From contig CALSRB010000002.1 of the NCBI GenBank assembly GCA_943788655.1, positions 395,081-459,080 on the forward strand: a stretch of DNA of 64,000 nucleotides. Reading direction: 5' to 3'. Below, piece by piece: positions 21,477 through 30,395 of this stretch (within the stretch, counting starts at the first letter, position 1; every line of letters begins with the position of its first letter). The position numbers were made by a program, and so were the translations under genes. Under the pieces are notes generated by a model that saw only the letters and a list, made by a program, of their open reading frames with translations, was not told where the DNA came from and ran no database searches. Origin of the DNA: Candidatus Poseidoniaceae archaeon. GTDB lineage: Archaea > Thermoplasmatota > Poseidoniia > Poseidoniales > Poseidoniaceae.

Positions 21477-21680
21477 ACCCTGTGTGGCGATGCATGTCAG
21501 TGGTTGCATGACGCTCGTAGGATAGACGGTGTGTGTTGGGTTCTCGCTAAGTAATTTTCAATCACGCTCAAGTGAATATAAACTGTTGTTTGGAAAACCA
21601 GAATCCATGGAAACCCTAGTCCAAAACTCAGGCAAGAGTTCAAAGACGGTACGCGGTGACATCCGAGCGAGGAGAACACA

Positions 21681-22985
21681 ATGCCAGCAACCGTCGTTCT
21701 AGGTGCGCAATGGGGAGATGAAGGAAAAGGGAAGTTGGTTGACCGGATTGCCGAACAGGCGACATGGGTTGCTCGGTTCCAGGGCGGAAACAACGCCGGT
21801 CACACTGTCGTTCTTGGCGATCAGGTACTCAAATTTCACCTCCTACCGTCCGGTATCACTCGCAAAGAGTGCAACCTCATACTCGGGGACGGCATGGTCA
21901 TTGACCCTTGGGTCTTGGATAGAGAACTCAATGGATGGAACGACTCAACAGGCGAGGATCCTCGCGGCGAGCGGTTGTTCATCAGCGAGCGAGCACACAT
22001 CATTCTCCCCTACCACTGCATTCTTGACGGGCAAGACAAGAAAATTGGGACCACCGGAAGAGGCATCGGCCCGACTTACGCCGACAAGATAAACAGAATT
22101 GGATTGAGATTTGGCGATCTCTCAGAAGTCGACGGTGATAATGACTGGATGGAAGCAACCACTGCTCGAATGAACGCTCGCCTTGAGGCAGCGGGGTGTG
22201 AGGACCGAATCACCGCATCCAAACTCGCAGAAGACATTGCATGGATTCATTCAACGTACGTCACCTGCATAGCCAACACCGGCCTCATGCTCGACAATGC
22301 CCTCAAACTCGGGGAACACGTGATCCTTGAAGGAGCACAAGGTTGCTTGCTCGATATCGACCAAGGCACCTTCCCCTACGTCACCTCCTCAGTCACCTCA
22401 CGAGGCAATGCTGGGCACGGAGCAGGCATCCACCCTGGACACGTTAACGATGTCATTGGAATCACAAAAGCCTACATCACCCGCGTAGGACACGGAGCAA
22501 TGCCAACAGAACTCGAAGACGAAGTAGGTGACCACCTTGGGACCATCGGCCACGAATTTGGAACAACCACAGGGCGAAAGCGACGGTGTGGTTGGTTTGA
22601 CGCGGTGGTCATGCGCCATGCCAACCGAGTCAACGGGTTCACCGGCTTGGCATTGACGAAGTTGGATGTGCTTGGCGGGCTTGATGAACTGAAAATATGC
22701 GTTGCCTACGAACTCGACGGGAAAGAAATTCTCGAAATGCCGGCCAGTGCCACAGCGCTCGAACGATGTAAGCCAATCTACATCTCCATGCCAGGTTTCC
22801 CAGGGCATTCACTACAAGAGTGGCTTGGAATTGCAAAGAAGGCGAATAAAGACGGTGCGGGCTATTCTACATTGCCAGCAGCAGCCCAATTGTACATTAA
22901 GAAAATCGAAGCGTTGGTTGGCGTACCATGCACAAGTGTGGGCGTTGGACCTGATCGTGACGCAACAATCGACATGGTCAACTGA
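21681..22985 (+). CDS. purA: Adenylosuccinate synthetase (long, bacterial-like form)
   Basis: GAQWGDEGKGK, GGNNAGHT, EGAQG, GTTTGRKRRCGWFD, TKLDVL. Confidence 0.97.
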   Translation: MPATVVLGAQWGDEGKGKLVDRIAEQATWVARFQGGNNAGHTVVLGDQVLKFHLLPSGITRKECNLILGDGMVIDPWVLDRELNGWNDSTGEDPRGERLFISERAHIILPYHCILDGQDKKIGTTGRGIGPTYADKINRIGLRFGDLSEVDGDNDWMEATTARMNARLEAAGCEDRITASKLAEDIAWIHSTYVTCIANTGLMLDNALKLGEHVILEGAQGCLLDIDQGTFPYVTSSVTSRGNAGHGAGIHPGHVNDVIGITKAYITRVGHGAMPTELEDEVGDHLGTIGHEFGTTTGRKRRCGWFDAVVMRHANRVNGFTGLALTKLDVLGGLDELKICVAYELDGKEILEMPASATALERCKPIYISMPGFPGHSLQEWLGIAKKANKDGAGYSTLPAAAQLYIKKIEALVGVPCTSVGVGPDRDATIDMVN

Positions 22986-23049
22986 GGATTCATTCCAGCC
23001 ATTTCAAGGTGAAGACTCAAAAAGGTGAGGCTCAACCGTTGCTTTACAG

Positions 23050-23125
23050 GGGCGTTTAGCTCAGTTGGAAGAGTGCTTGGTTTGCAACCAAGATGTCGTG
23101 GGTTCAAATCCCACAACGTCCACCA
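23050..23125 (+). tRNA. tRNA-Ala(TGC), CCA encoded
   Basis: Acceptor GGGCGTT/AACGTCC with G3:U70, anticodon arm CTTGG-TTTGCAA-CCAAG, T-loop GTTCAAATC. Confidence 0.95.
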
Positions 23126-23136
23126 CCCTCGTCAAA

Positions 23137-23164
23137 GAGTCCGAAACCAGTAGGGTTTGGACTC
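23137..23164 (+). terminator. Imperfect hairpin just downstream of tRNA-Ala
   Basis: GAGTCCGAAACC-AGTA-GGGTTTGGACTC. Confidence 0.45.
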
Positions 23165-23490
23165 ATAAATGTACGAACCCTCAGTTTTGACCTCAATCAA
23201 ATGCGAGTCTCCCTTTACGAAAGGGGTGGGAAGCAATTGAAATTGTCCGTACGGAACTTGCGAGATTCCCGGTTTTAACTCTTGGAATCAGTAAGATCTG
23301 AGTTAAAATCACCGTTAATGAAGAGTTTGATTTAGTCAGCGAGTTGCGAGTTTTTTAATGATGAAACGCTGCTTTCATGCATAAAATTGATGAGTTCAAA
23401 ATGCCAATACCTTTCCAATCAATCTGCATTCCCAAAACAAATGATTCATTGGGATAATTATATACATAATTGTATTAATCAAGTTGCTAT

Positions 23491-25474
23491 ATGGACATAC
23501 ACATCCCGGCAGGTTATGATTCGTTAAACAGGCCACTTACTGCTTTGGAGAGTTCAACTTTACTTGGACTTTCCGAATTCACAAAGCAGAATCTACCATA
23601 TTTTTCTAAAATCAAAAAAGGGAAAATACTGATGGCTGTAGGTCTAGGCTTTTTCTTGATTGGCTTGATATATTATGCCGTTTTATTAGTTTCGTTGGTA
23701 ATTTTGGGAGGAGGTTTCTATGTCTGGAAAACAGCAAAATCGACACCAGTGGCTTTTCCGGAACTTTTTGTATTAGAACACTCCTCAACAATATACAAAG
23801 GAAAGCCACTAATCGTTTCCGGATTGGAAGAGAGTAAATCGAACTATGAAATTGACTCACTCTATGAAGAGTATCCAAAACATAACCCTACATTAGAGGA
23901 AAATGAATCACTCTTGTATGTTGAACCCGGAGACAACCCTAAGCATTCGCTTAACACCATTAACGAGTTTTACTCATTACTCTCAAGTTATCACTCGAAG
24001 TTATCGAATGTAGGGAAGTATAATTTCAGCTTAAATTTCCTTTCAAGTTCCCAAGCATCGGCTCTCGATGAATTAAACTATTCATTTGATGGCCCTGATT
24101 GGTTTTTACAGGAATATCTAATTGAATCTAAATCAAATGACCACGATTTGATTTCGGAAAATGTAGCAATTCTGGACTATTTTGGACGATATTCTTGAGT
24201 CGAACATAGAGGTTCTTACTAGATTCCTTAAACACTTTGAGGATGAATATGCGGGGTACGAAAACTGGCTCAAGGAACTCGAACACATCGCAAATCAAAG
24301 TTCAGAAGGCGTTCTTGAAAGCATGGTTTTGACATACTCGCATATCAATGATGCATCAGGTGAGGCATCAGCACTTTTGCTAGAATCTGTAGATCATAAA
24401 ATCCAAGAAAATACTAGGAAATTAGAATTCCAAGCAAAACAAAAAATGGACGAATTGGAAGCAAAAATGAGTGATATGCAGGACAAAATCATGGAGCGTA
24501 AAGATGAACTAAAGTCTGCAATCTCATCACAGAATCAAATTGTAAACAACCTGGAGAAAGAAGCAATTAGCGCCCAATCTGATCTAACTGGGACATCATC
24601 TATGATTTCAATGGAATTGCCTTATGCAACCGTCGGCGGGGGTGGCGGAAACATTGGTCCAAACGGAGGAAGAGTTAGTGGAATTTCATCCGGGATTGGA
24701 TATCATACAGTTCACCTTCCAAACCCTGAATTCTCTGCTAAGCAACAGGCACATAGAATCATTTCGACCTTGGGAAGGATTGAACAGGAAAAACTGAAAA
24801 CTTTGAAGGACCAACTTACCTCGACTGATAATTTGGTTGAGCAGCGCCGAGAAGCGATTCTTTCAGAACAAGAAAGCCGTAAAAAAGAGTATCAAGAGAG
24901 AATGGAAGATGAACGTAAGCAGCTATCCAAACATTCCCTTGCTGTCAAGGCTCTGCATGAAGATATTTTAGAAAATCCTATTCAGATTGACGTCGATGAT
25001 TTGACGAGACTGGTTAATCGATCTTGGCTACAGCCGGCTAAAATTGTTTATGGACATCTGAATAGTATCGAATCAAAATTTCAAGAATGCACTGAGATAT
25101 TTCGCTGGTTTAAGGAAAGATCTGACTTGATTTCATCCAGTATTTTAGCAGGCTCTCCGAATCAACTTGGGACTAATGGTCGAATTTTCTCCCACTGGTT
25201 GGTAAGAGACCACGAAGTCTTAGATGTGATTAAAATTAAATCTGAGATCTCACTAGATAAACCAATAAATGTAGACTCTGTACCTTCCAAAAAGAGTCAA
25301 ATTCTTTCTAACCCAAATACCAACCCAAATTTCCCTTCAATGAGAAGGAAAATGAACAGCCAATCCTTAGCGGTTTTAATTCAACATCTAGCTCATCAAG
25401 GCAGTATAGATTCAAAACTGGCGAAGAAGTTATCGGATCTTTGTAATAAAAATGTAAACCATATCATGAGGTGA
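23491..25474 (+). CDS. Island protein A: two N-terminal TM helices plus long coiled coil (~660 aa if the +1 T at ~24181 is removed)
   Basis: ORFs 23491-24198 and 24182-25474 fuse as ..LDYLDDILES on deleting one T from tattttgg. Heptad E/K/Q-rich segments flank a Gly-rich loop. Confidence 0.7.
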
Positions 25475-25479
25475 TTTTA

Positions 25480-26503
25480 ATGTCAGATGAATCAAGATCA
25501 GATGCAGCAATATTGGCCTCATTGAGTATGGAGGAGAGCCGAGGTTTAGTTACTCTCAGAGCGGCTCAAGAACGTCGTGAAGGAATTCTTCCAGCAGAAT
25601 CGAATCAAGAGAATCGTAACGTACGTATTGAATCATGTTGTTTTGTTGATGGTCATATTTTCGGTAAAGATGTTGAATTGATGGATTGTGACATTCGTAC
25701 TCTTTCAACCCGAGCGAGCGAAAACCTCCCTGGTACGCAAATAAATGGTGGAATCAATGCCTTCGGTGATGTGAAAATTGGAGTTGGTTGTGTCGTTGGT
25801 TCAGGAGATGGAGGGGGTGTTCTTGCTGGTGGAAATGTAAACATTAGTTCAGCTATTCCAATCGTTGAAAACGGACCATCTCGAACAATTATCATTGGCA
25901 GTGTCAGTGGCGAGCACATAGTGATTGGAGATGGGGCAATCATTTTAGGGGCAGTTATCGGTCAGAAATCAGTACAGATTGGTAGCGGTGTTACAATTCG
26001 AGATCATGTATTCACACCTGCTTTGGATGCTGGTGATGGAAATTTATTCGGAGGCTTAATTGTAGGTGACTCAGTGAGAATGGGAAAACTAAACACAATA
26101 GCATCAGGTAGAATAATGCTCCCTACTGATGATAATACTGTCAGTATCGAATCTCCAATTCGTTCGCCATATCCTGGGTGTAATAATTGCCAATACGCTG
26201 ATGAAGTTGGGAGGTTCAGACAACGTGCAAGACTACGGCCGTCGTTTATCTTGCCACCTTTTCAAATCTGTGGAATTAGAAGATGAATCTCTTAAGATTA
26301 CTGAAGGGATGTGCACTGAATGGACTCCGTTTGATTTGGATTCCAAAGATGCCCAGTTTACGATAACAGATAATCTAGTCACAGATGTCCCATGGAATTT
26401 GAAATGTGTTACTAATTGGCCGACTGATTCTTTGAACCTAGAGTATGATAGAGACCAAATTGCAATTTGGGAAATGACTGCTGAGTCGCTAGGGGGTTTG
26501 TAG
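25480..26503 (+). CDS. Island protein B: beta-helix (hexapeptide/bactofilin-like) protein with C-terminal Cys/His cluster (~340 aa; frameshift near 26205)
   Basis: GAGGTGA SD before ATG 25480; repeats VKIGVGCVVG, IVIGDGAIILG, VQIGSGVTI. The two frames join as CNNCQYADELGGSD..SCH..C. Confidence 0.65.
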
Positions 26504-27112
26504 ATGCCTGAATGCTGTGCGATTCACTTTACTGGATGGTACTGTCCAAAGTGTGGTTTACCCATTTCGTTTGCAGATCACGGTGGAAGTACACCGATTT
26601 CAATTGGAAATATTTCTACTAAAAACGTCACAATTAATCAACAACTTGTTCAAGGTGATTTAATTCAAGCAGGCGGCATAAAGTCAACTGGACGAGGCAA
26701 TGAAGTTCCAGAGTCGTTCGCTTTACCACTTCCGCCTCCTCCGTTTGAGGAAGATGATTTGCCCTTGCCACCCCCTCCTGCGGAAGATGATTTGCCCTTG
26801 CCACCCCCTCCTGCGGAAGATGATTTGCCCTTGCCACCCCCTCCTGCGGAAAATGATTTACCCCTGCCCCCTCTACCTGCGGAAGATGATTTGCCCTTGC
26901 CACCCCCTCCTGCGATTGAAGAACTGCCTTCACCCCCTTCTTTAGTAGAAGATCCAGAGTCTACAGTGAAGAATGTCGATAATTCGGAGGAGATTTGGCC
27001 GCCAACGGATGCAGAAATTATCACTGACGAATTAGGCGTTGAATGGTTTGAGGAAAATGGAAAGTGGTATTTCAAGAACCCTGAAGATAACTGGGAACTC
27101 TTCCAAACTTGA
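26504..27112 (+). CDS. Island protein C: N-terminal Zn ribbon, VQGDLI segment, acidic poly-Pro repeats, Trp-rich C-terminal module
   Basis: CC..CPKCG; (EDDLPLPPPPA)x5; DELGVEWFEENGKWYFK. Its ATG abuts the previous stop codon. Confidence 0.8.
   Translation: MPECCAIHFTGWYCPKCGLPISFADHGGSTPISIGNISTKNVTINQQLVQGDLIQAGGIKSTGRGNEVPESFALPLPPPPFEEDDLPLPPPPAEDDLPLPPPPAEDDLPLPPPPAENDLPLPPLPAEDDLPLPPPPAIEELPSPPSLVEDPESTVKNVDNSEEIWPPTDAEIITDELGVEWFEENGKWYFKNPEDNWELFQT
26750..26914 (+). repeat. 33-bp tandem repeat x5
   Basis: GAAGATGATTTGCCCTTGCCACCCCCTCCTGCG; four identical copies and one diverged copy (the fourth). Confidence 0.95.
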
Positions 27113-27149
27113 AAGCTGGTTTGGTTACTTTCTAGCGGGATTTCCACCA

Positions 27150-28619
27150 TCAATTATACGCTTTACATTGGTCACAATACCATCTTCGATATTGAGAAAT
27201 GTACCGGGATACGCCACCGCATAACTTGCACGATTGCTTTTCTGGGGGCGATGGTTGTCCTGGATTATTTTTCGTTGCATCCCCAGAAATCAGGTCACCT
27301 TGAACAAACGTCATGTCACCGTTAGCCTCCCCTGCCCTGTCTAAGAATTGTTGGGCAGTCTGTTGCTTAAGCAGTTCTTTTTGTTGCTGCGTTTCTTGTT
27401 CAATATTTGTTCTCTGGGTAATAGCCTGCTGTTCGATGAGAGTCTGAAGCATTCCCGCAATATCTGATGAACCTTGCTTTCCAGAACTTATAGCCTTCAT
27501 TGCCTGCTGCATGAGTTCGGCCTGATTGCTTGCATCTATCTGGGTTCGGTCAAGTTGCTGTGTTTTCATCGTTCTTGATTTATCCATTTGAGATGACTGT
27601 AGTTCATCCCGCATTTGTTGTTGTTGAATCAGGAATTCTCGTTCCTGTCCAGTTGTATCTCCACTTTTGAAGCGACGTTCAAGTTCCTTATCGGCAACTT
27701 CTTGTTCCATCAGCATTTTTTGTCTTTTCGTATTTAGATCGTGGGTATGAGTACGAACTCTTTGCTCAAATTGAGATTCAAATTCGAGTTGCTTCATTTT
27801 GATTTCAGAGAGTTGATGTTGAATCGCAACGTCATCCTCTCCTTTGGCAATGACAAGTTGTGACTCAGCCTCGAGTTCCAGTTCTTTGTGAATCAGTTGG
27901 TATTTATCCTCGAGAGCAAAAATCATTGCATCTTGCTCAATTTGTTCAACACCCCTTTCTAAATTCAACTGACCCCGCATTTGTTGCACTTTGTCGTGTG
28001 CATTTGGACTAAAAACGATTTGATTTTGACGGAATGTCAACCCAAATTCTGCATGCGTTCTTCTCATGTTTGTGAGTAATTTATCCCGAATGTTCATTTG
28101 GATTTCTTCTGATGTACGAATCTCAGATAAATTATGTTTGCCAATTTCATCTTGCAGCACTTTGTTTCCGACTTCATCAATTAACATGGAAGCAAGTGTA
28201 GATCGTGTTAGATACGCTGAATTCTCATTGTCCAGAGGGTTTAGTGGTACATTTGCGAATAGGTTCACTAATCTTGGAGCATCTGTTAATTGAATTTGCA
28301 TTTCCAAGGTTACCGCACCCTTCACTTCCATAGCGTCGAGTGATCTGCAGTCGAATTCATAATGAAGTTTAAACGGGGTGTTGATTGTAAAAATGAACTT
28401 CTCTTCGGGTTTTCTACCAAAAAAGAGTTTTTTACCAATCCCACCAACAATTTTACTCAGCCTCTGTTCCGTGTAGGTGTCTACGATCTTACCGTCTTGC
28501 AATATCGTCAGTGATTCTGTTGATTCCAACACAATATCTCTGGAACGGAAAGACGAAATTGATGCTGTTTGAATTAAGCTTGCGATTGCCTCAGGGTTTG
28601 TTCTCCACTTGTATGTCAT
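27150..28619 (-). CDS. Island protein E: SPFH/band-7-like domain, long Q/E-rich coiled coil, C-terminal Zn ribbon
   Basis: SPFH-like N-half (IVLESTESLTILQDGK; SLDAMEVKG; EFGLTF), coiled coil, CKLCG..YISQYRRWYCDQC. AGGTGA SD. Confidence 0.75.
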   Translation of the reverse strand: MTYKWRTNPEAIASLIQTASISSFRSRDIVLESTESLTILQDGKIVDTYTEQRLSKIVGGIGKKLFFGRKPEEKFIFTINTPFKLHYEFDCRSLDAMEVKGAVTLEMQIQLTDAPRLVNLFANVPLNPLDNENSAYLTRSTLASMLIDEVGNKVLQDEIGKHNLSEIRTSEEIQMNIRDKLLTNMRRTHAEFGLTFRQNQIVFSPNAHDKVQQMRGQLNLERGVEQIEQDAMIFALEDKYQLIHKELELEAESQLVIAKGEDDVAIQHQLSEIKMKQLEFESQFEQRVRTHTHDLNTKRQKMLMEQEVADKELERRFKSGDTTGQEREFLIQQQQMRDELQSSQMDKSRTMKTQQLDRTQIDASNQAELMQQAMKAISSGKQGSSDIAGMLQTLIEQQAITQRTNIEQETQQQKELLKQQTAQQFLDRAGEANGDMTFVQGDLISGDATKNNPGQPSPPEKQSCKLCGGVSRYISQYRRWYCDQCKAYN

Positions 28620-28623
28620 TAAA

Positions 28624-29241
28624 TCACCTTAAATTAAAATAAATCGTTACTCCAATTGCGAGTAAGGATATTAATAACGATGCAATCTGGACCCACTTAA
28701 TTGACTTCTTCGATTTCTGACCTTGCACCACATCAAGCGGAACGCCATTGATGATTGCCCTTCTTGCGTTGTATTTGCTTCTGAATTGAGTAATCTGAGA
28801 GATGATTGCCTCAATTCCTGAGTAAGATTCTCGATCAGAAGAGTGCGATGTTTCAGAAATGGAGACCTGAATTTCTTTTACAATTTCAATTATATCCAAA
28901 TCTATCTGAACCAAATTCTCAATCGTTTTTTTATTGATTGATGATAATATGTCAATTTTCTTTGCCATAGTCCCTGTCGGAGATGTCCGCAACTCCGATT
29001 CAATCACATCAATTTCTGTCAAGAGTGTATCAAAATCAGCTTTCTTCTGCTTGTCATTTGAAGTAACGCGTAAAGACTCAATTGTTTTTCGGCAATTTGT
29101 CCACTCCAGACGGATATATTCTCGTAATTCCTTATCATCATCATTTGATGGTTTTTCAGAATATCCCATGTAAGTTGGAATAATTTTGGAAAGTTGCAAA
29201 AGCGCACTGGCGTTTGCTGCGGAGGGGATTGGTGGTTGCAC
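28624..29241 (-). CDS. Island protein D: helical-bundle protein with C-terminal TM anchor
   Basis: IIPTYMGY..DDDKELREY, amphipathic helices, hydrophobic tail. Co-oriented 4 nt upstream of the SPFH gene. Confidence 0.75.
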   Translation of the reverse strand: MQPPIPSAANASALLQLSKIIPTYMGYSEKPSNDDDKELREYIRLEWTNCRKTIESLRVTSNDKQKKADFDTLLTEIDVIESELRTSPTGTMAKKIDILSSINKKTIENLVQIDLDIIEIVKEIQVSISETSHSSDRESYSGIEAIISQITQFRSKYNARRAIINGVPLDVVQGQKSKKSIKWVQIASLLISLLAIGVTIYFNLR

Positions 29242-29432
29242 ATGCGTGTTACACCCTGAAAGTATAACATCTTTTGGCCCTCATAAACGATATTTTGTAC
29301 CTCAATCACATGTACTTTAATCCCACAACGTCCATTTCCCTGCTAAAACGGTGGACCCCACGTACGTTATTGATTCTCATAAAGCCCACTTCCATCAGAC
29401 AGAATCTAGATGAGGGCGTTGATGTTAGGCGC

Positions 29433-29983
29433 ATGCACTGGACATCGAAACTGCAGCAAACTTAGGCGAGGCACTCAGCGGTCTTGCCATCATGGCCACG
29501 CTGCTGTTCGGTCTTCGTCAAGTAATGGAAGTCAATCGCAATCGCCGATTTGAAATCTCCCAAACGATTGCCACATCATTGGAAAACCCCCTCGTTCAAC
29601 GAGGATTTGCCACCTTTGGGAGCGTCATCACAAAAGATTCCACGCTCGAAGATTTGATGGGCCTTACGAGGGAGCAAAAAGATGCAACCAATGCGGTCAT
29701 CGTTCTCATGTCGAACCATGCCTTGATGACGTTTCACAGGAATCTTTCATTTGACATCGTTTTTTCCTTCTACAAAGGATACCTCTCACTCATCGGACCT
29801 AGCATGCGACGGATGATGGAGATGATTGAATTTGGTTATTCCATGCACGAAGGGAGCAGTGTAACCAAAGAAGAGGGTATGGGCACGTTCCATTGGGTGT
29901 TTTGGTTACTTGACAAACTCGAGGCACATGAGAATTCATCGCAACTAAAACCCCACATCAACCAAACCGATTGGCAACCATGA
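29433..29983 (+). CDS. Hypothetical protein with N-terminal TM helix; probable 1-bp deletion just after the start codon
   Basis: Frame upstream of ATG 29492 reads LDIETAANLGEALSGLAI; ATG(G)CACTGGAC would give MALDIE. Confidence 0.6.
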
Positions 29984-30395
29984 ACGCATGACTTATTCAA
30001 GAGATCGAACTCTTTCCAAGCATAGCACCAAACGACTATGAGGCGTTGGTTTGGATTGCTTGGGGATTGGTACATTCCTTTTCTCAATACTGCTCCTCAT
30101 CGACACGAATGTACTCAAATCCGTTTCAGGGAATAAACGGTGCGACTGCGAAGAACAGAAGCAAAAGAAACGGCGAGAGCAACCTTGAACATCGATTCAA
30201 AGATACGAACGAATCCTGCTAAATCTGTAAAAGGAAGACTGAGAGGCATATCGGGGCCAGATGAAAATTCAAAATATCTATGTGTTCTTTCCGTTTCCCG
30301 ACACCTTGTGACCCCAGAACATACAAGAGAATATATTACAAGACCACTTGACCGAAGTCATACGACCTTAAACCGTCGTTATTCGGGGAATCATT

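Larger units (their letters stand above)
23107..29334. mobile_element. AT-rich genomic island integrated at the tRNA-Ala 3' end; no integrase seen
   Basis: Exact 16-bp direct repeat AATCCCACAACGTCCA at 23107-23122 and 29319-29334. Sharp visible shift to AT-rich sequence between them. Confidence 0.85.

Noticed and set aside
26750-26914. 33-bp repeats as a CRISPR array
   Set aside because: Units are contiguous with no spacers, are in frame within a protein, and no cas genes are present.
23126-29318. Island as a provirus or autonomous integrative element
   Set aside because: No tyrosine/serine recombinase, replication, capsid or packaging motifs are recognisable.
29984-30395. Short ORFs between the hypothetical gene and the permease
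   Set aside because: No recognisable motifs or consistent start signals; possibly decayed sequence but unsupported.
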